Shown one piece after another: positions 33,496 to 44,063 of a stretch of DNA of 64,000 bases. Made by a program: the position numbers and the translations under genes. The first letter of the stretch is position 1, and every line of letters starts with the position of its first letter. The notes under the pieces are model-generated. The model made no database searches, had not been told where the DNA came from, and saw nothing but the letters and a program-made list of their open reading frames with translations. The stretch is from Methanomassiliicoccaceae archaeon (GTDB taxonomy: Archaea; Thermoplasmatota; Thermoplasmata; Methanomassiliicoccales; Methanomassiliicoccaceae), in assembly GCA_963728405.1 (NCBI GenBank), contig CAVSJV010000003.1:128001-192000 (forward strand), in the 5' to 3' direction.

Positions 33496-33909
33496 TCATT
33501 TGTCCTCGACGAATTCCAATGCTCCGGAGTTCATACAATATCGGAGGCCGGTCGGCGCGGGGCCGTCCCTGAACACATGACCGAGATGTCCGCCGCAACG
33601 GGCGCATGAGACCGCATTACGGCGGGTACCGAAGCGTTTGTCCACGGTCGTCTCGACCGCGCCCTCGCACACCGGGACGTGAAAAGCTGGGCCATCCAGT
33701 GCCCGAGTCGAACTTCGTGGCAGATGAGAACAGCTCGCTCCGGCATCCCGCGCACAGGTAGGTGCCCTTCACATGATTGTCCCAGTATTTGTTGCGGAAC
33801 GGGGGCTCGGTGCCGTCCTGACATGTAGGATCCTGAACTGATCAGGAGTGAGGGCCCTCTTCCATTCGTCCTCCGACCGCTCCAATTTCTCACGTGTGCA
33901 CGGCGACAT
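33496..33909 (-). pseudogene. msrB: Methionine-R-sulfoxide reductase, frameshifted or degraded
   Basis: Fragments [44 protein letters not shown] across frames. Confidence 0.8.
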
Positions 33910-33949
33910 GATCACTATTAGCACTTTCCGACCTTTTCAGCGTTGTGCC

Positions 33950-35485
33950 TCATCGCAGCCGTTTGGCCACGTATACGCCATCCCGTTCATAACCGAGTGA
34001 GATGTAATATGGTCTGACCCCCACTCCGCTGGTCACGCGAAGGGCCGTGCACCCCTGCTCCTTGGCCCTCTCCTCTGCCCGGGCCACCAGTTCCTTGCCG
34101 AATCCCCGGTGCTGATAGCCTTCGACCTGGCGCTTGAACGGCACCATCCGCCCGAAGACCTTAAGCTCCCTAATGGCGGCCATGTCCCCATCGCCAGTCC
34201 TCAGACGCACATAGCCGACCAGCGCGTCCAGGTGGGGCAGGTCCAAGGAGATGAAATGCTCCTTGCCGCCTGAAGCGCCATACTCGATCTCGCTCATGCG
34301 AACATCCTGGGGGGAGTAGTCCTTGATACCCTTGAGACCGACCTCGTGGCAGCGGATGCAGCGGCACTCGTGGCCGTGCGCCCTCATCCGGTCCTTGATC
34401 AGTTCCCGCAGATGTCCCTTGTCCACCCCCGCCTCGATGAGAGGGGCCGGTATGTCCCGCTGGATCCGCTGGATCCGGGCCCATGGAGGTACCAGCCGCT
34501 TCATCTCGGCCATGGCCGAGACCGCATCCTCGGTGGTGTAAGGATCATATTCTCCCCTCTTCCACATATCATATAGCTGGGTGCCCTTGATCACCAGGGT
34601 CGGATAGAGCTTAAGCATGTCCGGACGGAAGTTCGGATCGCAGAACACCTTTCGGAAGCTTTCCAGGTCCTTCTCTGCCGACGAACCGGGAAGCCCGGGC
34701 ATGAGGTGGTAGCAAACCTTGAGACCGTTCTGCTTAGCGACCCTCGTTCCGTCGATAACCGCCTGTAGACCGTGGCCACGGTTCACTGCTCGGAGTATGT
34801 CCTCATCGAGTATCTGGACCCCCATCTCCACCCGCGTCATGCCTAAGCGCATGGAGACGTCCGCCTGCATCCCGGTCAAGGCATCTGGTCGGGTCTCGAT
34901 GGTCATGCCGATGCAGCGGTGCGGGGCGCTCTCGTTCTTCCTCTGCGCATCCTCCAGATCGGACGAGCTTTCCATATTCATGGCGTCGAAGCAGCGTTTG
35001 ATGAAGTCGACCTGGTACTCGGCCGGGCGGGAGGTGAACGTGCCCCCCATGACGATCAGGTCGATCTTATCGGTGCCATGGCCGATAGCCTCCAGCTGTT
35101 CGATGCGACCCTTGACCTGCTCATAGGGATCAAAGTCATAGGATGCCCCTCTCCGGGCCGCTGGTTCCTTCCCAGTATAGGATTGAGGAGACCCCGATTC
35201 AACGCCGCCCGGACAGTATATACATTTTCCGTGAGGGCAGGGCGCCGGGGAGGTCATGACCGCGACCACTGCCACTCCCGAGAGCGTTCGGACCGGCTTG
35301 CGACGGAGGATCTCCTCCACCAATGGTAGATCGTCCTTCTTTACCAGGGCGAGCGTCACCGAATTGGGTGGTACCCCCGGTAGCTCGTATAGGCGGCACA
35401 GGTCTATCTTGGCCCTTTGCAGCTCATCCTTATCCCCTATCCGTCCATCCAGTATCATCTGGATGATGTCCTCGTGATAACCCAA
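33950..35485 (-). CDS. elp3: tRNA uridine(34) acetyltransferase, radical SAM + GNAT
   Basis: CPHGKCIYCPGG, QSYTGKEP, ETRPD, RIQRDIP, QHRGFG. Confidence 0.96.
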   Translation of the reverse strand: MGYHEDIIQMILDGRIGDKDELQRAKIDLCRLYELPGVPPNSVTLALVKKDDLPLVEEILRRKPVRTLSGVAVVAVMTSPAPCPHGKCIYCPGGVESGSPQSYTGKEPAARRGASYDFDPYEQVKGRIEQLEAIGHGTDKIDLIVMGGTFTSRPAEYQVDFIKRCFDAMNMESSSDLEDAQRKNESAPHRCIGMTIETRPDALTGMQADVSMRLGMTRVEMGVQILDEDILRAVNRGHGLQAVIDGTRVAKQNGLKVCYHLMPGLPGSSAEKDLESFRKVFCDPNFRPDMLKLYPTLVIKGTQLYDMWKRGEYDPYTTEDAVSAMAEMKRLVPPWARIQRIQRDIPAPLIEAGVDKGHLRELIKDRMRAHGHECRCIRCHEVGLKGIKDYSPQDVRMSEIEYGASGGKEHFISLDLPHLDALVGYVRLRTGDGDMAAIRELKVFGRMVPFKRQVEGYQHRGFGKELVARAEERAKEQGCTALRVTSGVGVRPYYISLGYERDGVYVAKRLR

Positions 35486-35502
35486 TCAAGCACCCTTATG
35501 TC

Positions 35503-35787
35503 CTAACGATAGTAGACCCGGTTATCGTCCTTCTCCTCTTGGACCTTTTTGGGAGCCAGCTCCAGGACGTCGATGGCGAGGATAGCATGATACGGCAGGA
35601 ATCTTATCCGACCGGCCTCCTGACCGTTGGAACCATCCAACCGAAGGACCAGGGCGGTCTCGTTAGCGAACGCCGCATATCCACGGAACTCGCCCATGGA
35701 CATGAGGGGCTTGTCGTCCCCGCCCGTACTGACTATCTGGTACCTCGATCCGATCGTGATCATCTCTTCTATCTCTTTCACTGCCAT
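35503..35787 (-). CDS. Conserved hypothetical protein
   Basis: Clean ORF overlapping the upstream HTH gene; GAGGAGG RBS. Confidence 0.65.
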   Translation of the reverse strand: MAVKEIEEMITIGSRYQIVSTGGDDKPLMSMGEFRGYAAFANETALVLRLDGSNGQEAGRIRFLPYHAILAIDVLELAPKKVQEEKDDNRVYYR

Positions 35788-36239
35788 TTCGATTCCTCCT
35801 CGACGAGCTTTTGGAAATGTTCGACCGTCTGTCGATAGTTCTGCATCGCCATATCTACGTTGGCCTCGGTGAAGCTCCATGCCTTACGCAGGTCCCCGTA
35901 CCGTATACGGTAGCCTTTCTTCATCGTTCCGTCCCGGTCGGTCTCGATCTCTTCCAGGATGTCGATGGCCTTGAGCTTGTTAAGATGCCGATAGATGGTC
36001 GGCTTGGTCGTTTTCATGTGAGCGGCCAGTTCGTCGACGAGCCACGGCCGCTTCATGTTCCTCATGAAGCATTCCATGAACAGGCGATATGGCACACTGT
36101 CCCGCGTGTCAATGACGTTGGTCTTTGGATTATAACCCTTGGGAAGGTACCCAATATGGGTCAAGAACTGCAGCGCGATGTCATCCACATCCTTCAACGG
36201 GGTCAGTGGCGTGTTGCTCTCGACGTTGATCTCGAACAT
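35778..36239 (-). CDS. Winged-HTH transcriptional regulator
   Basis: VDELAAHMKTTKPTIYRHLNKLKAIDILE. Confidence 0.8.
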   Translation of the reverse strand: MFEINVESNTPLTPLKDVDDIALQFLTHIGYLPKGYNPKTNVIDTRDSVPYRLFMECFMRNMKRPWLVDELAAHMKTTKPTIYRHLNKLKAIDILEEIETDRDGTMKKGYRIRYGDLRKAWSFTEANVDMAMQNYRQTVEHFQKLVEEESKWQ

Positions 36240-36477
36240 TGGAATCGGCCAGGCATAAGCATGAAAGATATTAGCTTTTTTTGTTTAGTATGATGAGAGA
36301 ATATTTCCAGATAATGCCAAAGAAATGAACTGTGTCAGCAACGTTTTGACCGGGCATCAACATTTGATAATACACTTGTAGAATTGGCCGTGTTAACTTG
36401 CCTTTTTGGGTCAATATTTACCTAACTATACATAACTCATTTATATTGTCATAGTTGTAAAGTGTGCAGGTGCTCAA

Positions 36478-37596
36478 ATGAAGAGGAGAAATCTCATTAT
36501 TGCTGCAGTGACGATCGCCGCGGTACTGGTCGTTGCGGCAGTATTGATCGCGTTCGTTCCCCAAACAACGGGTAAGACCATCAAATACACCGATGTCCCG
36601 CCGGTGAACCAGCAGGCTTACATCCAACAGGGATTGATCGATGGCGGCGTAAGCTGGGAGCCATATTGCTCTGATTCCATTTCCAATGGGACCGGAAGTG
36701 CGTTGCTGTGGTCAAGTGATATCTGGCCCAACCACCCGTGCTGTGTGGTCGCGGTGGACGGGAACGTTCCTGACCTCGACACCTGGATGCGGTCCTGGGG
36801 GTCCTGAAGGCCCACATCGAGGCCAATCAATGGATCGCTCAGACCCTAGCCAATAAGAACACTACCGAGGGCCATGCCAACTACACACTGCTCCTCAACC
36901 TGGGCGCCGCGTTCAGCGGGCGGAACACCACCGTGGTGGAGATGGCCCTGGAGCATATGAAGCTGGACTACAACATCTCCAGCCAACAGATGGACTACCT
37001 CAAGCAGTTCACCAACGACTACGTGGACTCGGGTCTTATCAAGAGCGAGTCTGTACCGGATGTGAACTCGTTCATCAATGACCTGGTCGACACCTCCTAC
37101 CTCAGCCAGGCCAATGATCTGCAGCCGGTCCCTCTCCGGCTCTGCCCCGACCACCGTAAGGCTCGGCTACCTTAACGGCGACCTGCACCAGTTCGCCAGG
37201 GTCGTAGCGGAGAGCGCTGAGGTCGGAAGTCTTCTCGGCCTTGGTGACCGCAGCCTGTTCAACGCCTATGGAGTGCAGACCGATAACCCCTCGGGCATGC
37301 CCGGTAGCGGCTATGCCAACGGTGGGGCGGTCATGACCGGGTTCGCCGCCAAGAACGTCGATATGGGCTATCTGGGGGCTCCCCCTGCCATCCTGAACGT
37401 GGCCAACCAGAACCTCGACGTCAAGATCGTTGCGCTGGCCAACAGCGAAGGATCGGCCCTTATCGTGAAGAACGGGGTCAACTCCATCGATGATCTTAAC
37501 GGCCTGAAGATCGGTGAGCCGGGCATTTCTTCGATACAGTACCTGCTTCTTCTCGAGATCGGCAAGAAGTATGGATACCAGGTCGTAAAGGCCTAA
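36478..37596 (+). CDS. NitT/TauT-family ABC substrate-binding protein (two frameshifts)
   Basis: N-terminal TM, SWEPY, WPNHPCCVV, GYLNGDLHQ, GYLGAPP, ANSEGSAL. Confidence 0.85.
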
Positions 37597-37623
37597 ACCC
37601 CTTCACCAAACCTTTTTTATTTT
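37597..37623 (+). terminator. Putative poly-T terminator or attenuator after the binding-protein gene
   Basis: ACCCCTTCACCAAACCTTTTTTATTTT. Confidence 0.4.
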
Positions 37624-37648
37624 CCAGTATCGTTGGGGAACCGACAAG

Positions 37649-38473
37649 ATGCCTCCTTTATTTGATACAAAAAAGTTCAGGAAGAACTTTTTCACCAAAA
37701 AATCGCTTACGAGGACCTCGTTGATGGTCGTTTCAATTCCTATTTTCATTGCGATCTGGTGGATGCTGGCGCTCTATCTTCAGGGCCAACACGTTTATTA
37801 CCTGCCGACCCCCGTGGAGATGCTGCAGGCCTTGAACCAGTCCTTGACACGGGACCCGGCCACCGGACTATCCCTCTGGGCGAACATCTATGCGAGCCTG
37901 GTACGATTTATATTGGGCTTCCTGTTGGCCGTGGCCATCGCGGTCCCCCTAGGCCTAATGATCGGTTTTTCCACCTACGCCAATGCGCTGGCCAGACCCA
38001 CCGTGGAAATGCTCAGACCCATTCCACCGATAGCTTGGGTACCTTTTCTGCTCATCGCTCTCGGATTCTTCTGGGGGCCCATCGTTACCATATTCGTGGG
38101 TGTGTTCTTTCCGATCCTGTCCAACGTAATATTTGGAGTCAATAGTGTGGATCCGCTCATAGTCGACGCGGCCAGGACTCAGGGTGCGAGCAAGTGGCAA
38201 GTATTCATTAAGGTCATCTTCCCTTCCTCCATCCCCTACCTGATGACTGGCATCAAGATCGGTCTTGGCGTCGGTTGGATGTGTATCGTGGCCGCTGAGT
38301 TCATCGCCGCTGAAGGCGGGGGAGTGGGCGCGATCATCGTCGGGGGGCAGACCATAGGTAGGTACGATATTATGTTCGCAGGCATGGTCACAATTGCCCT
38401 GCTGGGCCTAATGACTCTGGCGCTCAGCACTTTCGTGGAACGGGAGGTGAAACAGTGGATGGGCATGACGTGA
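37649..38473 (+). CDS. NitT/TauT ABC permease
   Basis: LRPIPPIAW, DAARTQGAS (EAA loop), WMCIVAAE. Confidence 0.92.
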   Translation: MPPLFDTKKFRKNFFTKKSLTRTSLMVVSIPIFIAIWWMLALYLQGQHVYYLPTPVEMLQALNQSLTRDPATGLSLWANIYASLVRFILGFLLAVAIAVPLGLMIGFSTYANALARPTVEMLRPIPPIAWVPFLLIALGFFWGPIVTIFVGVFFPILSNVIFGVNSVDPLIVDAARTQGASKWQVFIKVIFPSSIPYLMTGIKIGLGVGWMCIVAAEFIAAEGGGVGAIIVGGQTIGRYDIMFAGMVTIALLGLMTLALSTFVEREVKQWMGMT

Positions 38474-39225
38474 TCCTCTTGATAAGGGACCTGAGCAAGA
38501 CATTCCCCAAGGACGACGGGTCCATGGTGGCCATAGAGGGTTTCGACCTGGAAGTGCGCAATGGTGAGTTCATCTGTCTCCTGGGTCCCTCGGGCTGCGG
38601 CAAGACCACCGTGCTCCGCATCATCGCCGGCCTGCAGACCGCAACGACTGGTACGCTGACCCTCAACGGGAAGAATATCACTGGGCCCGGCTCTGACCGA
38701 GGGATGGTCTTCCAGGAATTTGGACTGTTTCCCTGGCGGACGGTCAAGAAGAACGTGGAGTTCGGCCTGGAGATCCAGAAGAAGAGCGAGAAAGAGATCG
38801 ACGCCATCTCCAAGAAATTCATCGGCCTGGTCGGCCTGACCGGGTTCGAGAACTCCCACCCCAATCAGCTGTCTGGGGGAATGAAGCAAAGAGTTGGCAT
38901 CGCCCGCGCCTTGGCCTCCAATCCAGCCATCCTATTAATGGATGAACCGTTCGGGGCATTGGACGCCCAGACCCGGAACCAGATGCAAAAGGAGCTCCTT
39001 CGGATATGGCAGGAGACCAAGAAGACCATCATATTCGTCACCCACTCGGTGGACGAAGCGGTCTACTTGGCCGACAGGATCATCGTGCTCACGACCCGCC
39101 CCGGCCATATCAAGAATATTTACAAGATAGAACTGCCCCGACCCAGGGACAGGGGCAACCCCGAGTTCATCGAGCTTAGGAAGACCATACTGGACGAACT
39201 GGAGCAGCAACGCCAGGGCGTCTAG
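38455..39225 (+). CDS. NitT/TauT ABC ATPase
   Basis: GPSGCGKT, LSGGMKQR, MDEPFGALD, VTHSVDEA. Confidence 0.95.
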   Translation: MDGHDVILLIRDLSKTFPKDDGSMVAIEGFDLEVRNGEFICLLGPSGCGKTTVLRIIAGLQTATTGTLTLNGKNITGPGSDRGMVFQEFGLFPWRTVKKNVEFGLEIQKKSEKEIDAISKKFIGLVGLTGFENSHPNQLSGGMKQRVGIARALASNPAILLMDEPFGALDAQTRNQMQKELLRIWQETKKTIIFVTHSVDEAVYLADRIIVLTTRPGHIKNIYKIELPRPRDRGNPEFIELRKTILDELEQQRQGV

Positions 39226-39743
39226 AGAGTTTTCTGCGCGGCCACTTCGATGGCCCTGAGGATGCTGTCCCTAGGTATCACGATCGACACCGGGATGGTC
39301 AGGATCTTCTGGATGGTCGGCGCCACGATGGGGGCACACACGATTGCCAGGGCGCCGTCCTTCTCGGCCATTACCGCGGCCACGATGGCGTCCTCCATGC
39401 TGTTGGCCGGGTATTCCTTGACCCGGACGTCACGGTTGGCGACCCTGACCACTCGCTCCTCGATCCTGTTGAGGACAGGGCGTGCGGCAATCACGGCGAT
39501 GAAATTGCCATGGGGCTTGGTTTCCATCCGTCTGACCGCCCGCATGATGTCCCGGACCGTGCGCAGGTTCGGCTCTCGCTGGTCCTGCATGATCTTGTAG
39601 ATCGTCGAAGAGGAAAGACCGGTCTGGGCGCAGAACTCGTGGATGCTTATCTTGAGGTCCTCTTCCAGCACCTTGCGGAGCGCGTCCCGGAACCCGCCCT
39701 CCTCGCGCAAAATGCCGGCCACCAGCTCGTTCTCAAGGGACAT
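39222..39743 (-). CDS. XRE-type HTH regulator with C-terminal ligand-binding-like domain
   Basis: SIHEFCAQTGLSSSTIYKI...REPNLRT. Confidence 0.8.
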   Translation of the reverse strand: MSLENELVAGILREEGGFRDALRKVLEEDLKISIHEFCAQTGLSSSTIYKIMQDQREPNLRTVRDIMRAVRRMETKPHGNFIAVIAARPVLNRIEERVVRVANRDVRVKEYPANSMEDAIVAAVMAEKDGALAIVCAPIVAPTIQKILTIPVSIVIPRDSILRAIEVAAQKTL

Positions 39744-39747
39744 ACCC

Positions 39748-40638
39748 TCACTTCTCCTGCCGGATCAGCTTGGCAGCGTTGTCCCCGGCCACGCAGCCCT
39801 GGCCTACCGCCCGTGCCAGCTGCCACGGCATGCCGGTTACGTCACCACAGGCGTACACATTCTCCATATCCGTCTTCATGTCCGCGTCCACGACTATCTT
39901 GCCGGAAGGGTCGGGCAGGAGTCCCAGTTCTAGGGCCAGGTCGGTGGATCCTTTGGCACCCAGAGCGATGAACACACCCTGGACGTCCAGCCTTGCGCAG
40001 CCTTCCAGCTCCAAGCCGACGACCGTCTTCTCGCCGATGATCATTAGCGGTTTGCAGTATGCGATTATCTCCACATTGGTCCTCCTGACCTTCTCCATCA
40101 TATATTCCGATGCTTTGAGCTCGGGAGCGACCCAATACACTTTCTCCGCGTAGTCGTTGAGCAGATGGGCCGATTCTGCCGCCTCGCTCGCCTCACCGAT
40201 CACCGCGACCGTCTTACCTTTGAAGAAGAGGGCGTCACATGACGCACAATAAGATACTCCTCTGCCAAGGTACTCTTTTTCGCCAGGGATATTGAGCTTG
40301 GCCCGAGAGATGCCCATGGCCAGAATGAGCGCCCTCGACCTGATCTCTTGAGCGTGATCGGTCAGGGCGACAAACACATCACCATCTTTGGTCAATTTGA
40401 TGACGTCTTCCTCGACCAGTTCGGCCCCGAACCGCTTGGCCTGCTCCTGGCCTATGCTCAAAATATCCTTTCCAGCGATGGACTCGATGCCCAGGTAGTT
40501 CTCCACTTCCGCCTTGTTGTAAAGCGGAGAGTTCTCGCTCTTGCCTAAAACAGCGACCTTTACCTTCTTCCTAGCCGCGTGGATGGCCGCCTGAAGTCCG
40601 GCCGGGCCCGGGCCGATAATCATGATGTCCGTCTCCAT
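39748..40638 (-). CDS. trxB: Thioredoxin reductase-like FAD oxidoreductase
   Basis: GPGPAG, GVSYCASCD, VYACGDVTG. Confidence 0.88.
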   Translation of the reverse strand: METDIMIIGPGPAGLQAAIHAARKKVKVAVLGKSENSPLYNKAEVENYLGIESIAGKDILSIGQEQAKRFGAELVEEDVIKLTKDGDVFVALTDHAQEIRSRALILAMGISRAKLNIPGEKEYLGRGVSYCASCDALFFKGKTVAVIGEASEAAESAHLLNDYAEKVYWVAPELKASEYMMEKVRRTNVEIIAYCKPLMIIGEKTVVGLELEGCARLDVQGVFIALGAKGSTDLALELGLLPDPSGKIVVDADMKTDMENVYACGDVTGMPWQLARAVGQGCVAGDNAAKLIRQEK

Positions 40639-40724
40639 GGTGATGCCTTAAGAACAGTAGACCCAGGCTTCTTTTTATACCTTTGGGTGACGCCAGACCA
40701 TAAAGTAGAAACAAAAGGGTTTAA

Positions 40725-41120
40725 TCAGAGGTGGGCCTGCAGCCTCCTGCTGAGGTCATCCTTCGGCCTGGAGCCGACCAGCCGCTCGACCATTTCCCCA
40801 TCCTTGAACACCAGAAGGGTAGGTATGGCCTCAATCTGGAAGCGCATGGAGGTCTTGGGGTTCTGGTCAGTGTTTAGCTTTCCGAAGGCCACTTTCCCAT
40901 TCATGTCCTTGGCCAGACCATCGATCACCGGGGACATCATGCGACAGGGGCCGCACCAAGGGGCCCAGCAATCGATCAGGACGACCGAATATTTCTTAAT
41001 GAAATCGTTGAACGTGACATCGCTTACCTCGATGGGCTCGGACGGCCATTCCGCCCCCTGCGGACCGCCTTTCATCATCTCCTGCCTCTTCTTCTCACGT
41101 ATCTGCTCAATCTCGTCCAT
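40725..41120 (-). CDS. trxA: Thioredoxin
   Basis: WAPWCGPC, AIPTL. Confidence 0.95.
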   Translation of the reverse strand: MDEIEQIREKKRQEMMKGGPQGAEWPSEPIEVSDVTFNDFIKKYSVVLIDCWAPWCGPCRMMSPVIDGLAKDMNGKVAFGKLNTDQNPKTSMRFQIEAIPTLLVFKDGEMVERLVGSRPKDDLSRRLQAHL

Positions 41121-41291
41121 ATCACAATCTCCGTCGGTTGTGCATTCTATCTGCAAAACCGTATGGGCCGTCCCCGAATATATAAATTTCCGATGAAGCG
41201 TACGGTCCTCCCCTCATTCCGGCCATCAAAAGGGAGCTAATCGCTCACAAAAGGTTAAAACATAAAAGGGGATATCACGCCGGGATGTCTC

Positions 41292-41555
41292 ATGCTCGAG
41301 GAAGCGTCTGAGCTAATTGGATTGCAGGTCTACACGTCGAACGGAATCTTTCTGGGAAACGTCAATAACCTGGTCATAGACCTTGACAACAAGCGCGTGG
41401 ACGGGCTCTTCGTGAGCGAGACCAACCCCCTGTTGGTAGAGGAATCCAAGGCGGTCAATGTGCCGTTCCGCTGGATCCAGTCGGTAGGGGACATTATAAT
41501 CCTGAAGTATTTCCCGAAGAGAGTAACGTCCAAGAAGGCCGCGGCCAAGATCTGA
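41292..41555 (+). CDS. PRC-barrel domain protein
   Basis: SELIGLQVYTSNG.FLG.V...VPFRWIQSVGDIIIL. Confidence 0.87.
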   Translation: MLEEASELIGLQVYTSNGIFLGNVNNLVIDLDNKRVDGLFVSETNPLLVEESKAVNVPFRWIQSVGDIIILKYFPKRVTSKKAAAKI

Positions 41556-41562
41556 GCCGCGC

Positions 41563-42159
41563 TTAGTCCCATTTTTTAATTTCTAGCTCAATATAGCGAG
41601 AGCAAGGGCCCTCCCATTTCGCGGTGCCCATATCCTTGATGATCTCGTCGATGTCCCGGCCGCAAAGTTCGGACAGCTCCCTGTGCATAGCCAGCATCCT
41701 CTGGCCAGTGCTCTCGAAACCTTTTCGGACAAAGTCCCGATAGGACTCCTGAGAGGTAAGATAGGCGGCATCGCTCACCAGATTATCCGCATGGCAAACG
41801 ATCTTCTCCTCCTTGGTCGAGGGCATGAAATCAAGGTCCGGTAACCCGATCTCGGCTGCCTCCTTTGGCGAGATGCCGGCCCCGATATGTTTCTGTATTA
41901 TCAACACCAGCGGTTCCGGAAGATGGAGCGCGCGGGCGATGGACGCGCCCTCCACGGCGTGACGGATGCCGTGCGTCCTGGCCCTCCCAAGATCGTGGAG
42001 AAGGCCCCCCGCCCGCACCAGTTCGACGTCCGCTCCGCATCTTTCGGCGATAGCTACGGCGAGGACCATGACCGTGCAGACATGCTTGATGACCCGATCG
42101 GCAGCACCCTGCGCTCTTAGTATGTCCAAGCACTCCTGCTCACTCGGTATCGTTGACAA
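41563..42159 (-). CDS. HD-domain phosphohydrolase
   Basis: LLHDLG, HAVEG, HIGAG, EEKIVCHADN. Confidence 0.88.
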   Translation of the reverse strand: MSTIPSEQECLDILRAQGAADRVIKHVCTVMVLAVAIAERCGADVELVRAGGLLHDLGRARTHGIRHAVEGASIARALHLPEPLVLIIQKHIGAGISPKEAAEIGLPDLDFMPSTKEEKIVCHADNLVSDAAYLTSQESYRDFVRKGFESTGQRMLAMHRELSELCGRDIDEIIKDMGTAKWEGPCSRYIELEIKKWD

Positions 42160-42664
42160 CCCGCTTCCCCCGCTCGCAGGGTATGACCTTCATGTGCCCC
42201 TTGAAATCGGTGCGCAGCCCCTGACCTTCTTTCAACCGGTCCAGGAATACTCCCAAGGCGGCCACCTCGGAGTGGGGCTGATTGCCCACGCCCACGTTGA
42301 AGGTCGCTGCCTGATAGACCTCGGGCGGCACCTTCTCTGCCCCGACCACGATCAGCATCCTCTCGGTCATCGCCTCGCGAACGCGGGGCATGGCGTCATC
42401 GATATGCGTCCCGTACATTGTCAGGTGGACCCTGGTCCCCTCGAACTTGCGCAGCAGGTCCTTCCACTTGACCCCAGTGGTGATCTCAAAATTCCCGCCG
42501 AAGCGCTTCACCACCGACCGGACGCTCCTCTCCAGCTCCTCGTCATAGGTGGACACGAAGATCCCTTGGGCACCGAAGGCCCTCGCGGTCAGAGCCACGT
42601 GGGTCGTTACCCGCTTGTCCCTCTCCGGGCGATGGCCCAGCCTAAGGACGTAGATATCGCCCAT
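42140..42664 (-). CDS. trm56: tRNA (cytidine-56-2'-O)-methyltransferase
   Basis: LRLGHRPERDKRVTTHV.LTARAFGA, HLTMYG, VGAEKVP, GNQPHSEVAAL. Confidence 0.95.
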   Translation of the reverse strand: MGDIYVLRLGHRPERDKRVTTHVALTARAFGAQGIFVSTYDEELERSVRSVVKRFGGNFEITTGVKWKDLLRKFEGTRVHLTMYGTHIDDAMPRVREAMTERMLIVVGAEKVPPEVYQAATFNVGVGNQPHSEVAALGVFLDRLKEGQGLRTDFKGHMKVIPCERGKRVVNDTE

Positions 42665-42672
42665 AGGGGCGA

Positions 42673-43170
42673 TCACTCCTTCAACCGCTCTATGCGATGG
42701 CCCCGGTAATCAAGACGGACCGACCGCTTGACCAGACTGCGCAGCATGGTCGAAGTTATGCCTAACTTCTCGGCGATGTCCCCGGCAAAGCGACCTTCCG
42801 GACCTACCTCTTTGTAAATCTGCTTCTCCAGCTTATCGAACTCCTCCTCAGGCATCATGGCAGCGGCCAGGACGTCGGAGATCTCATAGACGGGCCAGGA
42901 TGCGTTGATGTGAAAGGAGGTGTAATAGGTATGATAGGCCTTTTCAGGGAAAGAACCGCTCGTTGATTGCCACCTGGTCTCCACGAGCTTCATCTTTTCA
43001 AAAAACTTGAGGGCATCGGACCCTTCGGTTCCGAATTTGGCCTCGATATCTTTGGCGGTACGCCATTCTAGCGTTACCTCCTTGAGAACCTCCCTCTTAA
43101 CCTTGGTATCAACGGCACGCAACATCGGTACAAGCTCCGATGGCTCGTTGATTACCTTGATTCTGTTCAT
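42673..43170 (-). CDS. Archaeal ArsR-like HTH protein
   Basis: Clean ORF in the operon with HTH-like segments. Confidence 0.7.
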   Translation of the reverse strand: MNRIKVINEPSELVPMLRAVDTKVKREVLKEVTLEWRTAKDIEAKFGTEGSDALKFFEKMKLVETRWQSTSGSFPEKAYHTYYTSFHINASWPVYEISDVLAAAMMPEEEFDKLEKQIYKEVGPEGRFAGDIAEKLGITSTMLRSLVKRSVRLDYRGHRIERLKE

Positions 43171-43291
43171 AGCCAACCTAATTAGTTTGATAGAATATAA
43201 AGGACTACCGCCCCATTCTATCTTCTTGGGTTAAATTGAGGCTGTAAGAAGACCTCAAAGATTATTAACACCATTTGAAATACACCTGGCG

Positions 43292-43477
43292 ATGGCGGCC
43301 AAGCAGAAGCCAAAGAAGATCAAATATCAGTGCGCCATGACCGGAAAGGTCTTCGACTCTGAGGAAGAGGCCCTCAAGGGCTGCGAAGGCCCGTTCCAGG
43401 TATACATGGAGGGTTACGATCGGTACCCCACGAAGGGCTTCTTCGGCATCATTACCTGGCGCAAGAAAAAGAAGTGA
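43292..43477 (+). CDS. Small basic hypothetical protein
   Basis: 61 aa, host-like codon use, YQC..TGKVF.SEEEA motif, upstream AT-rich promoter. Confidence 0.6.
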   Translation: MAAKQKPKKIKYQCAMTGKVFDSEEEALKGCEGPFQVYMEGYDRYPTKGFFGIITWRKKKK

Positions 43478-43478
43478 T

Positions 43479-44054
43479 TTAGAAGCTCAATAGCAGCGCC
43501 AGCCCAATCAGAGGTATGACGATCATCAGGAAATCGTCATCTACATAGCTTGTTTTGAACCCTTCGGCCAACAGCGCCAGCGCCGATGCTATCGCTGCGG
43601 CCGCCACTATCCTAAGGTCGAGCGGCAGAAGCAGACCGAGAATCGTCAGCATGATCGCCAGGTGCAGAGCATAGGGAAACCAGGGATACCATTTCGTCCT
43701 TCGGAGCTTTCCTATGACCGGGTCCACGACGGCCATGCCCACGATGACCGGGGCGGCAAGCTCGAACGGGAAGAACAAGAAGGCGAAGGTCAGTGCTATT
43801 GCAGCCCATGCGCCGGCCGAGATCTGGTCCCGCTCGTAGCTCCTCATGCCTGGCACGTTAAAACCGATCACCAGGCGGAGGAGCTCGAAGCCCAGGGTCA
43901 AGGCCAGGGCGATGAGCAGGGCGACCTGGCGGGACGGCCCGCCATCCCATAAGGGCGAAGGAAGGAAATAGTATACCAGGAACACCGGGGCTGATATGTG
44001 AACGATCCTCCGGGCGATACTACCGTGATCCATTTGCTCCCTGAACAACATCAC
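43479..44054 (-). CDS. Dolichol/phytol kinase-like membrane protein
   Basis: RRIVH, R.YE...IS, DPVIG, VDDDFLM. Confidence 0.7.
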   Translation of the reverse strand: MMLFREQMDHGSIARRIVHISAPVFLVYYFLPSPLWDGGPSRQVALLIALALTLGFELLRLVIGFNVPGMRSYERDQISAGAWAAIALTFAFLFFPFELAAPVIVGMAVVDPVIGKLRRTKWYPWFPYALHLAIMLTILGLLLPLDLRIVAAAAIASALALLAEGFKTSYVDDDFLMIVIPLIGLALLLSF

Positions 44055-44063
44055 ATTGCTCAG

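Noticed and set aside
36420-36460. AACTAT/ATAGTT inverted repeat upstream of the ABC binding protein as an operator
   Set aside because: Only 6 bp in AT-rich DNA; too weak to support
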